Origin: Malacoraja senta
Lineage: Eukaryota
NCBI GenBank assembly: GCA_038087875.1
Contig: CM075988.1
Coordinates: 22,384,001-22,448,000, forward strand
Length of the DNA stretch: 64,000 nt
Direction of reading: 5' to 3'
This document shows, piece by piece, positions 63,137 through 64,000 of this stretch. A model generated the notes under the pieces. It was not told where the DNA came from and searched no databases. It saw nothing but the letters and a program-made list of their open reading frames with translations. A program made the translations under genes and the position numbers. Position 1 is the stretch's first letter; every line of letters starts with the position of its first letter.

Positions 63137-64000
63137 GTGTGAAGAAGGGTTTCGACCTGAAACATCACCTATTCCTTTTCTCCAGAGATGCTGCCTGACG
63201 TGCTGAGTTACCCCAGCTTTTTGTGTCTTTCTTTGGCTTAAAGCAGCATCTGCAGCTCCTCCATTTTGTCTGCTCCCATGTGAAATCTCCTCAAGGTATG
63301 CTTACTTTAAAATAAGTTCTCCTCCTTTCTCCATCGAGGATTCTGCAACACTCTCTCTTGCTGCACCCCCTCTCTGATTCCTCCGGCTCTGCGACCACGT
63401 TTTGACCCAGACTCGCTACTGCAGCCACCTGCTTCTTAAGGTCTGAAGAAGGGTCTCGACCCGAAACGTCACCCATTCCTTTTCTCCAGGGATGCCGCCT
63501 GACCCGCTGTGTGACTCCAGCATTTTGCGTGTGTCTTCCATCTTAACAACTCGTCTAATATCAGCTGCTAATTCCTCCCCTGGAGAGCTCATTGCATTTT
63601 TGCACTGTAGCCAAATCAACAAATTTTGCACTGCTCAGTTTGAGTGGAGAATCTTCTTCAAGAACTAAGTGCTGGAACCCTGTTTTGTTAAAAACAAAAC
63701 ATATTCAGCAGGGGCTTTTTGTTCTGTTGGCCACGGGTTAGATAGTTTTAAAGTTTGAATGTATTTACGTGCTAGCATCTTGGAGCATGTAAATCCCAAC
63801 TGATCCTAGAATGGACTATTCGCCCCGCATTATTTAAAAAAATGTTCTTCCCTTTCCTCCCCTCACAAGGGAATCGTGTCTTCAAGTACAAAACATCATC
63901 TGTTCTTCTCGTGTGAATTTGGTCGGTGAGACTGAGTTGATTTTGTTATTGCCACATCAAGAGTGTTCCAGCATTCCTAGCGGCTGCCCTGGTGCTAAAT

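Overview
Eukaryotic, repeat-dense genomic DNA, most likely from a cartilaginous fish. The repeat content (HE1-type V-SINEs, HER1/CR1 LINEs) points to an elasmobranch, possibly a skate or ray; this is an inference. The whole window lies inside a minus-strand PCSK7 (proprotein convertase PC7) gene. Seven GT-AG exons (42027->508) splice in frame to 282 codons covering the catalytic Ser, the P domain and the juxtamembrane stalk. The introns are filled with CR1, L1, L2, Rex1 and RTE fragments, tRNA-derived SINEs, several Harbinger-like MITE families, a non-autonomous Helitron and an 8-bp-TSD MITE. The most striking system is a very abundant short Penelope-like (GIY-YIG) pLTR element. It carries a minimal hammerhead-ribozyme core and inserts as TSD-flanked, asymmetric fold-back palindromes, including one tandem hammerhead array. 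Also notable are an L1 flanked by a ~102-bp target duplication, a three-level nested transposon and a bipartite RTE-derived SINE. There is a 200-N assembly gap at 57774-57973. Repeat family names come from motif recognition, not database searches, and repeat boundaries are approximate unless TSDs are given.
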